This document shows positions 1-13,600 of a DNA stretch of 64,000 nucleotides, piece after piece (the stretch's first letter is position 1; every line of letters begins with the position of its first letter). Source of the DNA: Selaginella moellendorffii (lineage: Eukaryota > Plantae > Lycopodiophyta). Both the position numbers and the translations under genes were made by a program. The notes below the pieces were generated by a model, which was not told the DNA's origin, searched no databases, and saw nothing but the letters and a program-made list of their open reading frames with translations. The DNA lies in assembly GCF_000143415.4 (NCBI RefSeq), contig NW_003314329.1:633774-697773 (forward strand), read 5' to 3'.

Positions 1-461
1 TTAAGACCACCCGTGCCATACTTCCATCTCTCAAAAATTGGGCCATCCGTCCATGAGTAGTCATCCTAGAATCACACCTTAGCATCCTGAAAATGCCTAG
101 AAACGTAGGGAACACCCTTCTTTAATATCCCTCTATCAGTCCCCACCAAATCCCATTCCATCCACGTGTAAACGACTAATTTTTCCATTCTACTTTAGTC
201 ATTTACCCACACCTCCGACCATTTGGAGGAGTCTCACTCACAACCTCCATAATGTAAGTGACTAAATTTTCCATTCTACTTTAGTCACTTAACCACACCT
301 CTGACCACTTGGAGGAGTCTCATTCACAACCTCCATAAGTCCAATCCAGGACTTGGGACTTGCTAGCCCCGAGAATGGCATCCATGCCACTCATCATTTG
401 CACTTGGTCCAAGTGCTCCACGTGTCTGATCCCATGACCGACACTCAAAGGTACCACCGAC

Positions 462-716
462 NNNNNNNNNNNNNNNNNNNNNNNNNNNNNNNNNNNNNNN
501 NNNNNNNNNNNNNNNNNNNNNNNNNNNNNNNNNNNNNNNNNNNNNNNNNNNNNNNNNNNNNNNNNNNNNNNNNNNNNNNNNNNNNNNNNNNNNNNNNNNN
601 NNNNNNNNNNNNNNNNNNNNNNNNNNNNNNNNNNNNNNNNNNNNNNNNNNNNNNNNNNNNNNNNNNNNNNNNNNNNNNNNNNNNNNNNNNNNNNNNNNNN
701 NNNNNNNNNNNNNNNN
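462..716. other. assembly gap (N run)
   Basis: 255 consecutive N. Confidence 1.
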
Positions 717-1274
717 CCACAGGCCTGACCACTAAGTCCCACGGTCCTCTGGGACTTCCTCACCACACGACTGTGTCCTTGGTCACTACCCCAGAGGACT
801 GCTCCTCTTCCTTTCCACAGTCTGGGCCTTTGGGGCAACATTTCGGAACACCGTGGTCTTACGCGAGCCACCTGGGTACTCTCCCCGCCTTTCACCTTTA
901 GGTGCTCTAGCCATGGGCTTAGAGCGAGGTTCCGTTGAGCCACGCCTGGTATCCAAGTAGGTAGTGCCACCCACACTTGGACTGGGAGCATCGGCCAGTC
1001 GATCTCCCGGGGGAACTAGAGCCGGCTCTTGAACACTTCACCAAGCTACCCTGCTTGTCGGTCTGTGTTCACTCTAGTCTTGGACTTCCCAGTGGGCAGC
1101 TCATCACCCAACACTGGGTCCGGCCTTTTTGGGCCAAACTGGCCTTTCCTGGCCAAACTAGCCTTTCCTGGCCAAACTGGCTCCACTGCAGTCCTCCCCC
1201 TACTATACTTTTGGAGCTCACCAAACCCCCCAGGGTCTGGGAGACGAACGCTTTGGGCTTTCACCCTCTCAGGC

Positions 1275-1745
1275 TTCGGACTCGGACTCGGACTCGGACT
1301 CGGACTCGGACTCGGACTCGGACTCGGATTCGGACTCGGACTCGGGCTCGGGCTCGGTCTCGGCCTCGGCCTCGGTCTCGGTCTCGGTCCCGATCTCGGT
1401 CTCGGTCTCGGTCTCGGTCCCGGTCTCAGTCTCGACTTCGGACTCCATCTCGGACTCCATCTCGGACTCCATCTCGGACTGCATCTCGGACTCCATCTCG
1501 GGTCCATCTCGGGTCCATCTCGGACTCCATCTCGGACTCCATCTCGGGTCCATCTCGGACTCCATCTCGGGTCCATCTCGGACTCCATCTCGGACTCCAT
1601 TTCGGGTCCATCTCGGGTCCACCTTGGACTCCATCTCGGACTCCATCTCGGACTCCATCTCGGGTCCATCTCGGACTCCACTTCGGACTCCAGCTTGGGT
1701 CCATCTTGGGTCCACCTTGGACTCCACTTCGGACTCCATCTCGGA
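1275..1745. repeat. LTR-internal minisatellite: (GGACTC)n, (GGTCTC)n and (GGACTCCATCTC)n blocks
   Basis: directly visible; homologous arrays at ~2895-3535, 6540-6850, 7795-8385, 10900-11600, 18400-18680, 34215-34670, 39150-39385, 59870-60045. Confidence 0.95.
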
Positions 1746-2966
1746 CACTCCCACGTGTCATGTGTTGGTCCTTTTGGGTCCCTTTTTGGAGCCTCGCCGT
1801 TTGCTCGCTTCGTGCTCGTTCCTCGAGCACTTCGTTGGGAGTTCCACTCCCGCTCTTGACTTTTCAAGTCGGAGCTTTTGGTCCAAACGTGTTACGCTCG
1901 TTTGGCTCTCGCTTCGGCCACTACCATGTGGCGCCCTTCCGGCTCCACTTTGGGGCCTAGGGATTTTGTGTCTCACACATAAGTCCTATTTCAGGCTTGG
2001 GCTTGTTAGCCCCGAGAATGGCATCCCCGCCACTCAACCTTTGCACTTGGTCCAAGTGCTCCACGTGTCCGATCTCATGACCGACACCCCAAGGTACCAC
2101 TGACATACTGGCCCATTACACTAAGGCCATGCCCATTCACCTTGGTCACACCGGTGGTCCAACACCACCTACATCACGGTCCCATCTCTCAAAGACTGGG
2201 CCATCCATCCATGAGTGATCATCCCCGATCCACTCCTTAGCATCCTTAGGATGCCCATAGACACGGGGATTCGCCTTCCCCAATATCCCTTTTCCGGTCC
2301 CCACCAAGTCCCTTTCTGCCCATGGCCGTGTTTGCCAACACTGCCACTGGATCGAGGCCCACAGGCTCGACCACTAAGTCCCACGGTCCTCTGGGACTTC
2401 CTCGCCACCCGATTGTATCCTTGGTCACTACACCAGAGGACTACTCTTCTTCCTTTCCACAGTCTAGGCCCTTGGGACAACATTTCGGAACACCGTGGCC
2501 CTACGCGGGCCTCATGGGTACTCTCCCCACCTTCCGCCTTTGGGTGCTCTAGCCATGGGCTTAAAGCGAGGTTCCGTTGAGCCACACCTGGTATCCAAAT
2601 AGGTAGTGCCACCCACACTTGGATTGGGAGTATCGGCCAGTTGATCTCCTGGGGGAACTAGAGCCGGCTCTTGAACACTTCACCAAGCTACCCCGCTTGT
2701 CGGTCCGTATTCACTGTAGTCTTGGACTTCCCAGTGGTCAGTTCATCACCCAACACAGGGTCTGGCCTTCCTAGGCCAAACTGGCCTTTCCTGGCCAAAC
2801 TGGCTCCACTGCAGTCCTCCCCCTTACTATACTTTTGGAGCTCACCAAACCCCCCAGGGTCTGGGAGACAAATGCTTTGGGCTTTCACCCTCTCAGACTC
2901 GGACTCGGACTCGGACTCGGACTCGGGCTCAGTCTCGGCCTTTCCCTCAGTCTCGGTCTCGGTCCT

Positions 2967-3018
<52 letters not shown>

Positions 3019-3772
3019 CCGGTCTCGGTCCTGGTCTCGGTCTCGACCTCGGACTCCGTCCTAGTCCTGGTCTCGGTCTCGACCTCGGATTCCATCTCGG
3101 GTCCATCTTGGATTCCATCTTGGACTCCGTCTCGGTCCATCTCGGACTCCATCTCGGACTCCATCTCGGACTTCGTCTCGGACTCCATCTCGGACTCCGT
3201 CTCGGTCCATCTCGGACTCCATCTCAGACTCCATTGTGGACTCCGTCTCAGTCCATCTCGGACTCCATCTCGGACTCCACCTCGGACTCCATCTCGGACT
3301 CCACCTCGGACTCCATCTCGGACTCCGTCTTGGTCCATCTCGGACTCCATCTCGGATTCCACTTCGGACTCCATCTCAGACTCCATCTCGGACTCCACCT
3401 CGGACTCCACCTCGGACTCCACCTCGGACTCCACCTCGGACTCCATCTCAGACTCCATCTCGGACTGCACCTCGGACTCCACCTCGGACTCCATCTTGGA
3501 CTCCGTCTTGGTCCATCTCGGACTCCATCTCAGACACTTCCACGTGTCATGTGTTGGTCCTTTTGGGTCCCTTTTTGGAGCCTCGCTTATTGCTCGCTTC
3601 GTGCTTGGTCCTTGAGCACTTTGTTGGGAGTTCCACTCCCGCTCTCGACCTCACAAGTTGGAGCTTTTAGTCCAAATGTGTTACGCTCGTTTGGCTTTCG
3701 CTTTGACCACTACCACGTGGCACCCTTTCTGGCTCCACTTTGGGGCCTAGGGATTTTTTGTCTCACACCACG

Positions 3773-6700
3773 GCAATGCTTGCTAACACTGCCACTGAGT
3801 TAGGGCCCAAAGGCCTGACTGCTAAGTCACATTGACCTTTGGGACTTCCACACCATATAACCATGCCCTTGGTCACTACACAAGAGGACTACTCCTTTTT
3901 TTTTCCACAGTCTGGGATTTTAAGATGATATTTTGAAACATTGTGGCCCTATCCAAGCCTCATGGGTACTCTTTGCACCTTCTGCCTTTGGGTGCCTTAG
4001 CTTCCTGTTTGTAGTTTTTTGCAACTTTAGACATTGGATAGTATCTCCTATGCATTATTCTCTAAGGATTTAGACCTTAGGGCCTTATTTAATGCCCTTA
4101 TGATACCAAACACCACTTTTTGGGTGTTTTAGAGTGTTTAGATGTCCTAATAATGAACTTCTTTGACAGTGAGTATTTCCTTTTATGACATTAACACATT
4201 ATATCACAACATAAGTAATTTATCCCTCAAGGGATATATTTAACTCCTTTCTTGTCTCAATAAAAAGTTTTGGGAAGTTGATTTCCACCAATTCAATCAA
4301 TTATGCCACACATTTTGCTTAGTTGTTTTATAGTTGTTAAGTTTTATAACTCATTGCTAGTGCTTTTACACCTCCATCATTATTTGGGTCCATGCACTCA
4401 AATTGCATGCCTTCTAGCTTAGGCTATACCAATCTCATTTCCATTGGGATTCATTTAGCAAAGATTTCTCATGAATCAACCAACTTAACTTTAAGGCCTC
4501 ATCCCTTGAAACATTTGGTGTCTCTACACCATTGGCCTTATGAGCCTACTCTCACGACACTTCCCATTTGTGTCTAGGTCTTACTAAGACCATAATAGTC
4601 ATTTCTCATACCAAGTATCAATTAGCATTATGACATAGTATTCACATACAACCCTTTGCCAAAGTTGCTTTATTTTATAAATACCTTTTCCTACAACTTT
4701 AGTATGGCCCATTTGCCATCAATGAGATACTCATTATTCTCATACTTGAATCTCACGATCCTCCCTATCCTTCGTAGAGTACAATATACTTCAGTCAAAA
4801 TGTTTTTACTAATCCTTTAAGACCATTCCTTGATTCCATTTGAGTCATTTAGTTTTTTGGACTTTGCTAATTTGACGACTCGTAAAGTCTTAGCCTCATG
4901 GCTACTTTAAGGTGCTAGCTCATTGGAATACAATTTCTTGTATTCATATCCTATTCACAAGGATTATCTTGGCAAGTGTTACTCTGACACTTGATTATTA
5001 TAAATTCCATGTGGGTTACCTTTGCCTCTTAGGATTATTTATTCATATGATGAGAATACTGACTCATCCTCTAAGTACACTGCCAACCCCTTGGGTTGTT
5101 TTAGCATTTATTTAAGGTAACCCCGATTACCATTTCAAAAACTTATGTTGTCATTTGTATTTGACCTTCTATGGTTACCAACTCTAGTCTCAAATTCTTA
5201 AGCACCATCCTCAACTATATGAGGATAACTTTATGACTCATTTATCATGTAGAAATTTCCATCATTCCCATGATCCCAAGTATAGTTTTTTATCGTAACC
5301 ATAGTATCCAATTTGCTAAATCAAATGCTTTTATGAATCATATCCTCAACTCTCTAAGGAAAACCTTATACTATTCCCAAGATCTAAAAGTTGTTCCTTT
5401 ATTGACCCCTTCGTATCCATCACATTGCCTACATATTCATGTATGAACTAAAGTGGAGAGTCATGCTTTGTCGACATACTACTCCTCGAGGATAGGCCCA
5501 CTCTTGGGACTTCCTAATGCCAATACAAGTGGTGATATACTTGACTATCAATGAGAGTCAGACTAAGGAAAAACTTCAATACTAAGCTGTAAGCAACTAA
5601 AATTTTCATTCTACTTTAGTCACTTAACCACACTTTTGACTACTTAGAGGAGTGTCACTCACAACCTCCATAAGTCCCATTCTTGACTTGGGGACATGTT
5701 AGCCCCATGAATGGCATCTATGCCACTTAGCCTTTGCATTTGGTTTAAGTGCTCCACATGTCTGATTCGATGATTGACACCCCTAGGGTACCATTAACAT
5801 ATCAACTTGTTATGCTAAGGTAATGTCCATTCACTTTTGTCTTATTAGTAGTCTAACACCATTTGTGCCATAGTCCCATCTCTCAAAAATTAGGCCATCC
5901 ATCTATGAGTGGTCAGCCTAGAACCACACCTTAGCATCCTTAGGATGCCTAAAGACATGGGGAACACCCTTCCCCAATATCCCTCTATCGGTCCCCACGT
6001 GCTCAAAGTTAGGGCTTGAATTCTTGACTACTAAGTCTTATTAACCTTTGGGACTTCTCACCACATAACCATGCCCTTGGTCAGTATGCAAGAGGACTGC
6101 TCCTCTTTCTTTCCACAATCTAGGACTTTGGGATGATATTTCTAAACACTATGGCCTTATTCGAGCCTCATGGATACTTTCCCTGCCTTCTACCTTTAGG
6201 TGCCCTAGCTATGTAGCTAGAGCGAGGTTTTGATGAGCCATGCCAAGTATTTAAATAAGTAGTGCCACCCATAGTTGGAAACCATTTGATCTCCTAGAGA
6301 AGCTAGAGTTGGCTCTTGAACACTTCACCAAGTTACCCCACTTTTCCATCCATGTTCACTCTAGCCTTAGACTCCTTAATGGTTATATCATCACACATCA
6401 CGTAGGTATAGCTTTCCTTAGTCACACTAGCCTTTCCTAGCCAAACTAGTTCCACTGGAATCCTCCCCCTACTATCCTTTTAAAGCTCATCAAACCCCCT
6501 AGGGTCTGAGAGATGATTGCTTTGGGCTTTTACCCTTGGACTCAGACTTAGACTCAAACTTATTCTCAGACTCGGTCTCAGTCTCGGTCTCGGTCTTGGT
6601 CTTGGTCTCAGCCTCAATCTTGGACCCAATCTTAATTTCCATCTCAGACTCGACCTCGAGCTCTATCTCAAACTCCATTTTGTACTTTTTCTCGGACTCC

Positions 6701-7089
6701 ATATCAAATTCCATTTTGAACTCCATTTCGAGTCCATCTCAAACTCCATCTCAGACTCCATCTCGAGTCTATCTTGGACTTCAACTTAAACTCCATCTCA
6801 AACTACTTCTCAAACTCTATCTCGGGTCCATCTTGGGTCCATTTTGATCTTGATTCCCACACTTCTACATGTCATGTGTTGGTCTTATTGTGTCCCTTTT
6901 CTAGGTTTGTTTATTGATCATTTTGTTCTCATTCCTCAAGCACTTCATTAGGAGTTCCACTCTCACTCTCGATTTTTTGAGTTGGAGCTTTTAGTCTAAA
7001 TGTGTTATGCTCATTTGGCTTCCATTTGGGCCACTACCATGTGGCACCCTATCGGCTCCACTTTGGGGCTTAGGGATTTGTATCTCACA
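3773..7089 (-). mobile_element. older, deleted family-1 element: 5' LTR 5588-7089, degenerate PBS, internal region ~4010-5587, remnant 3' LTR (1-166 plus 3773-~4000)
   Basis: reverse-complement homology to 7563-14000; many C>T/G>A changes. Confidence 0.8.
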
Positions 7090-7562
7090 TATAAATGGAT
7101 GAGTGGGGTGATTTAGTGAAGTATTCAAGAGTTGACTTTATCTCCTTTAGGAGACCAAATGATTGATACTCCCAATCCAATTGTGGGTGGCATTACTTAT
7201 TTGGATACTTTATGTGCTTCATTAGAACCTCACTCTAGCCATGTGGTTAGGGCATCCTAGTGGTTGAAACACCTTATTAGCTGAAGGTGGGGAGAGTAAG
7301 CACTTATGTTAGGCTGTAATGTTTCAAAATATCATCCCAAGATCCTTGACTATGGAAATGAAAAAAAATGGCTCTCTTACCTAATAAGTGAGGAAGCCTT
7401 AAAAGTTAATGAAACTTCTTTGGGCCCTAACCCAATAATGGTGTTGATAAGCACTTCTATGATTGAAGAAGGACTTAGTAGGAAAAGATATTAAAGGATG
7501 ATATTCCCTTAAATCTTAGAGCATCTTAAAAATGTTAAAAAATGGTCATAAGGAAATCATTT

Positions 7563-10500
7563 TGTGAGACACAAAATACCTAGGCCCCAAAGTGGAGCTG
7601 GAAAGGGTGCCACGTGGTAGTGGCCGAAGTGAAAGCCAAACGAACGTAACATGTTTGGACTAAAAGCTCCGACCTTAAAGGTCAAGAGCGGGAGTGGAAC
7701 TCCCAACAAAGAGCTCGAGGAACAAGCACGAAGCGAGCAATAAGCGAGGCTCCAAAAAGGGACCCAAACAGGACCAACACATGACACGTGGAAGTGTCCG
7801 AGGTGGAGTCCGAGGTGGAGTCCGAGATGGAGTCTGAGATGGAGTCCGAGATGGACCGAGACAGAGTCCGAGATGGAGTCCAAGATGGAGTCCGAGATGG
7901 AGTCCGAGATGGACCCGAGATGGAGTCCGAGATGGAGTCCGAAGTGGAGTCCGAGATGGAGTCCGAGATGGACCCGAGATGGAGTCCGAGATGGAGTCCG
8001 AAGTGGAGTCCGAGATGGAGTCTGAGATGGACCGAGACGGAGTCCGAGATGGAGTCCGAAGTGGAGTCCGAGATGGAGTCTGAGATGGACCGAGACGGAT
8101 CCCGAGATGGAGTCCGAGATGGACCTGAGATGGAATCTGAGATGGAGTCCGAGAAGGACCCGAGATGAAGTCCGAGGTCAAGACCGAGACCGGGACCAAG
8201 ACCGAGACCGAGACCGAGACCGGGACCGGGACCGAGACCGAGACCGGGACCGAGGCGGAGGCCGAGACCGAGCCCGGACGCGAGTCCGAGTCCGAGTCCG
8301 AGTCCGAGTCTGAGTCCGAGTCCGAGTCCGAGTCTGAGTCCGAGTCCGAGTCCGAGTCCGAGTCCGAGTCCGAGTTCGAGTCTGAGAGGGTGAAAGCCCA
8401 AAGCGTTCGTCTCCCAGACCCTGAGGGGTTTGGTGAGCTCCAAAAGTATAGTAAGGGGGAGGACTGCAGTGGAGCCAGTTTGGCCCAGGAAGGGCCAGAC
8501 CCAGTGTTGGGTGATGAACTGACCACTGGGAAGTCCAAGACTAGAGTGAATACGGACCGACAAGCGGGGTAGCTTGGTGAAGTATTCAAGAGCCGGCTCA
8601 AGTTCCCCCGGGAGATCGATTGGCCGATGCTCCCAATCCAAGTGTGGGTGGCACTACCTACTTGGATACCAGGTGTGGCTCAACGGAACCTAACTCCAAG
8701 CCCATGGCTAGAGCACCCAAAGGCGGAAGGCGGGGAGAGTACCCAGGTGGCTCGCGTAAGGCCACGGTGTTCCGAAGTGTTGTCCCCAAGTCCCAGACTG
8801 TGGAAAGGAAAACGAGTAGTCCTTTGGTGTGGTGGCCAAGGATATGGTCACGTGGTGAGGAAGTCCCAGAGGACTATAGGACTTAGTGGTCAGGCCTGTG
8901 GGCCTCGATCCAGTGGCAGTGTTGGCAAACACGGCCAAGGGCAAAAAGGGACTTAGTGGGGATTGACAAAGGGATATTGGGGAAGGTTATTCCCCTTGTC
9001 GGTGGGCATCCTAAGGATGCTAAGGAGTGGATCTGGAATGACCACTCACGGATGGTTGGCCTAGTCTTGGAGAGACAAGACTGTGTTGCAAGTGGTATTA
9101 GACTACCAATGCGGCAAGGGTGATTGGGCATGGCCTTAGCGTAACAGACTGCTATGTCGGTGGTACCTTTGAGTGTTGGTCATGGGATCGGACACGTGGA
9201 GCACTTGGACCAGGTGCAAGGGTTGAGTGGCATGGATGCCATTCTTGGGGATAGCAAGTCCCAAGTCCTGAATTGGACTTATGGAAGTTGTGAATGAGAC
9301 TCCTCCAAGTGGTCGGAGGTGTGGTTAAGTGACTAAAGTAGAATGGAAAATTTAGTCGCTTACAACTTGGTATCGTAGCTGTTCCTTAGTCCGACTCTTA
9401 TTGGTGGCCAAGTATATCACCACTTGTATTGGAATTGGAAGGTCCTAGATATGGACCTATCCTCGAGGAGTAGCATGTTGAGAGGACATGGCTCTCTGTT
9501 CAAGTTCATGTGTGAACTTATGCGCGATATGGTGGATGGAAAAGGGCCAGTAAGGGAACGACTTCGGGATCTTGGGAATGGTACAAGGTTTCCCTCAAAG
9601 AGTTGAGAATGTGATCCGGATGAGCGTTTGACTCAGCAAACTAGCTAAGGTAGTTGTGGTAAACAACTATAGTTGGGATCACGAGAAAGATGTAGACTCC
9701 AAAACAATAAAGGAGTCACAAGATACTCCTCACATAGTTGAGGCTGGTGCTCATGAATTTGAGACCGGAATTGATGACCATGAGAGGTCAAGTACGGATG
9801 AGGGCACGAGCTCTAAAAATGATAGCTGAGGCTACCTTTTATAAATGCTGGAACGAACCCAAGGAGTTGGGGGTGTGCTCAAAGGATGAGTCGGCATTCT
9901 CATCATAGGGATTGATAGTCCTAAGGGGCAAAGGCAGCCCATAGAGAAAGGGAAATAATGAAGTGCTGGAGTAACACTTGCAATATGGTCCTTATGAGTA
10001 GGACATGAATACACGAAGTTGTATTCGAGTGAGCTGGCACTTCAAAAATAGGACCTTATAGGTTGTTGGATTAGCAAAGTCCAAAATGCTGGATGACTCA
10101 AGTGGAGTCAGGAAATGGTCCTAAGGGATTGGTTGAAGCATTTGGACTGAGGTGTATGGTGCCCCATGAGGTATGGGGAGGATCATAAGATCCAAGTATG
10201 AGAACAGTAGGTATCTCATTGATGGCAAAATGTGCCATATTGAAGTTGTGGGAAAGATGTTCCCAGAAGAAAGCAACTTTGGCCCAGAGTTGGGTGCAAA
10301 CACTATGGTGCGATGCTAATGGATAGTTAGCATGAAGAACAACCATATTAGTCTTGGCAAAGACCTAGACACTAAAAGTAGGGTCATAAGGATAAGCTCG
10401 TGGGGCCAATGGTGTGGAGACACCAAATGTGCCAAGGTGTGATACCTTAAGGTTATGATGGTGGGTTCATAAGAACCCCTTGCCAAGGGAATCCCAACGG

Positions 10501-10669
10501 AAGCGGGAAAGGCATGGCCTAAGCTGGAAGGCATGCGGTTGGAGTGTGGTGACCCAGATAATGATGGAGGTGTGGAAGCACCAAGCAATGAGTTGTAGGA
10601 CTTGACAGCTATGGGGCAACTAAGCAAAAGGTGCAAGATAATTGGTTAAACGGGTAGAAGGTAGCTACC
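7563..10669 (+). mobile_element. family-1 element: 5' LTR 7563-9364, tRNA-iMet PBS, internal region truncated by the next copy
   Basis: TGTGAGAC...GCTTACA; ACTTGGTATCGTAGC right after the LTR; the internal region stops at GTAGCTACC, which reads through uninterrupted near 13900. Confidence 0.85.
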
Positions 10670-13600
10670 TGTGAGACACAAAAATCCCTAGGCCCCAAAG
10701 TGGAGCCGGAAGGGCGCCACATGGTAGTGGCCGAAGCGAGAGCCAAACGAGCGTAACACGTTTGGACCAAAAGCTCCGACTTGAAAAGTCAAGAGCGGGA
10801 GTGGAACTCCCAACGAAGCGCTCGAGGAACGAGCACGAAGCGAGCAAAAGGCGAGGCTCCAAAAAGGGACCCAAAAGGATCAACACATGACACGTGGGAG
10901 TGTCCGAGATGGACTCGAGTTGGAGTCCGAAGTGGAGTCCAAGATGGACTCGAGTTGGAGTCTGAAGTGGAGTCCGAGATGGACCTGAGATGGAGTCCGA
11001 GATGGAGTCCGAGATTGAGTCCGAGGTGGACCCGAGTTGGAGTCCGAAGTGGAGTCCAAGATGGACCCGAGATGGAGTCCGAGATGGAGTCCGAAGTGGA
11101 GTTCGAGGTGGACCCGAGATGGACCCGAGTTGGAGTCCGAAGTGGAGTCCGAGATGGACCTGAGATGGAGTCCGAGATGGAGTCCGAGATTGAGTCCGAG
11201 GTGGACCCGAGATGGACCCAAAATGGAGTCCGAGATGGAGTCCGAGATGGACCTGAGATGGAGTCCGAGGTGGACCCGAGATGGACCCGAAATGGAGTCC
11301 GAGATGGAGTCCGAGATGGACCCGAGATGGAGTCCGAGATGGACCCGAGATGGAGTCTGAGATGGAGTCCGAGATAGACCCGAGATGGACCCGAGATGGA
11401 GTCTAAGATGGAGTCTGAGATGGAGTCCGAGATGGAGTCCGAAGTTGAGACCGAGACCGGGACCGAGACCGGGACCGAGACCGAGACCGAGATCGGGACC
11501 GAGACCGAGACCGAGGCCGAGGCCGAGACCGAGCCCGAGCCCGAGTCCGAGTCCGAATCCGAGTCCGAGTCCGAGTCCGAGTCCGAGTCCGAGTCCGGAG
11601 CCTGAGAGGGTGAAAGCCCAAAGCGTTCGTCTCCCAGACCCTGGGGGGTTTGGTGAGCTCCAAAAGTATAGTAGGGGGAGGACTGCAGTGGAGCCAGTTT
11701 GGCCAGGAAAGGCCAGTTTGGCCCAGGAAGGCCGGACCCAGTGTTGGGTGATGAGCTGCCCACTGGGAAGTCCAAGACTAGAGTGAACACGGACCGACAA
11801 GCGGGGTAGCTTGGTGAAGTGTTCAAGAGCCGGCTCTAGTTCCCCCGGGAGATCGACTGGCCGATGCTCCCAGTCCAAGTGCGGGTGGCACTACCTACTT
11901 GGATACCTGGTGTGGCTCAACGGAACCCGCTCTAAGCCCATGGCTAGAGCACCCAAGGGCAGAAGGCGAGGAGAGTACCCAGGTGGCTCGCGTAAGGCCA
12001 CGGTGTTCCGAAATGTTGTCCCAAAGGCCCAGACTGTGGAAAGGAAGAGGAGCAGTCCTCTGGGGTAGTGACCAAGGACACAGTCACACAATGAGGAAGT
12101 CCTAGAGGATAGTGGAACTTAGTGGTCGGGCCGGTGGGCCTTGATCCAGTGGCAGTATTGGCGAACACAGCCAAGGGCAGAAAGGGACTTGGTGGGAACC
12201 GGAACAGAGATATTGGGGAAGGCTATTCCCCATGTCTGTAGGCATCCTAAGGATGTTAAGGAGTGGATCTGGGATGATCACTCATGGATGGATGACCCAG
12301 TCTTTGAGAGACGGGATTGGAAGGTAGGTGGTGTTGGACCACCAGTGTGACCGAGGTAAATGGGCATGGCCTTAGCGTAACAGGCCGATATGTCGGTGGT
12401 ACCTTGGGGTGTCGATCATGGGATCGGACACGTGGAGCACTTGGACCAAGTGCTAAGGTTGAGTGGCATGGATGCCATTCTCGGGGCTAGCAAGCCCCAA
12501 GTCCTGAGTTGGGCTTATGGAGGTTGTGAATGAGACTCCTCCAAGTGGTCGGAGGTGTGGTTAAGTGACTAAAGTAGAATGGAAAAATTAGTCGCTTACA
12601 ACTTGGTATCGGAGCTGTTCCTTAGTCCGACTTTTATTGGTGCTCAAGTATATCACCACTAGTGTTGGCATCGGAAGGTCCGAGGAGTGGGCCTATCCTT
12701 GAGGAGTAGCAAGTCGGGAAGACATAGCTCTCCATTACAGTTCATGTGTGAACTTGTAGACGAGGTGGTGGATAGAAAAGGGCCAATAATGGAACGACTT
12801 TGGGATCTTGGGAACAGTAAATGGTTTTCCTCAAAGAGTTGAGGATGTGATCCAGATGAGCGTTTGACTTAGCAAACTGGCTAATGTAGTTGTGGTAAAC
12901 AACTACAGTTGGGATCACGGGAAAGATAAAGACTCCAAAGCAATAAAGGAGTCACAAGATTTTCCTCATATAGTTAAGGTTGGTGCTCATGGATGTGAGA
13001 CCAGAAGTAATGACCGTGGGATGTCAAATACGGAAGAGGACTCAAGTCCTTGAAAAGGTAGCCAGGGCTACCTCTAATAAATGCTGGAACAACCCCAGGA
13101 GTTGGGGGTGTATTAAGTGGATGAGTTGGTGTTCTCATCACATGGACAAGTAGTCCTAAGGGGCAAAGGTTGCCCCTAGAGAACAAAATCAAGTGTCGGA
13201 GTAACACTTGTGAAAATAGTCCTTTTGAGTAGGACAGGAATGCAAGAAGTGTATTCCAGTGAGCTGGCACCTCAAAGGTAGGACCTCATGGGTCGTCGGA
13301 TGACAAAGTCTAAAAAGCTGGATGACTCCAATAGAGTCAACGGATGGTCCTAAAAAGACTGATGGAAGCATTTGGTCTGAGGTGTGTTGTGCCCCATAAA
13401 GGATGGGGGGGGATCATAGGATCCAAGGATGAGAACAGAGGGTATCTCATCGATGGCAAAATATGCCATGCTAAAGTTATGGGAAAGGTGTTCCCAGAAG
13501 AAAACAACTTTGACATAAAGTTGTGTGTGACCTCTATGGTGCAGTGCTAACGGATGGTTGGCATGAGAAAGAGCGGTGTTGGTCTTGGCAAAGACTTAGA

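Larger units (their letters stand above)
253..1977 (-). mobile_element. solo LTR, family 1 (LARD-like), nested in another solo LTR
   Basis: TGTAAG...TCTCACA termini (reverse complement of the family LTR); 5-bp TSD CATAA at 248-252 and 1978-1982. Confidence 0.9.
167..3767 (-). mobile_element. solo LTR, family 1, interrupted by 253-1977 and itself inserted in an older family-1 LTR
   Basis: TGTAAA...TCTCACA termini; TSD CCACG at 162-166 and 3768-3772; both flanks are family-1 LTR sequence. Confidence 0.9.

Noticed and set aside
320-991. ORFs spanning poly-X
   Set aside because: Artefacts of the N gap inside an LTR.
977-11878. Many 130-345 aa ORFs rich in SDSISD, RTPS, LGLH or ESE repeats
   Set aside because: They are translations of the LTR minisatellite, open in several frames on both strands, with no conserved frame between copies.
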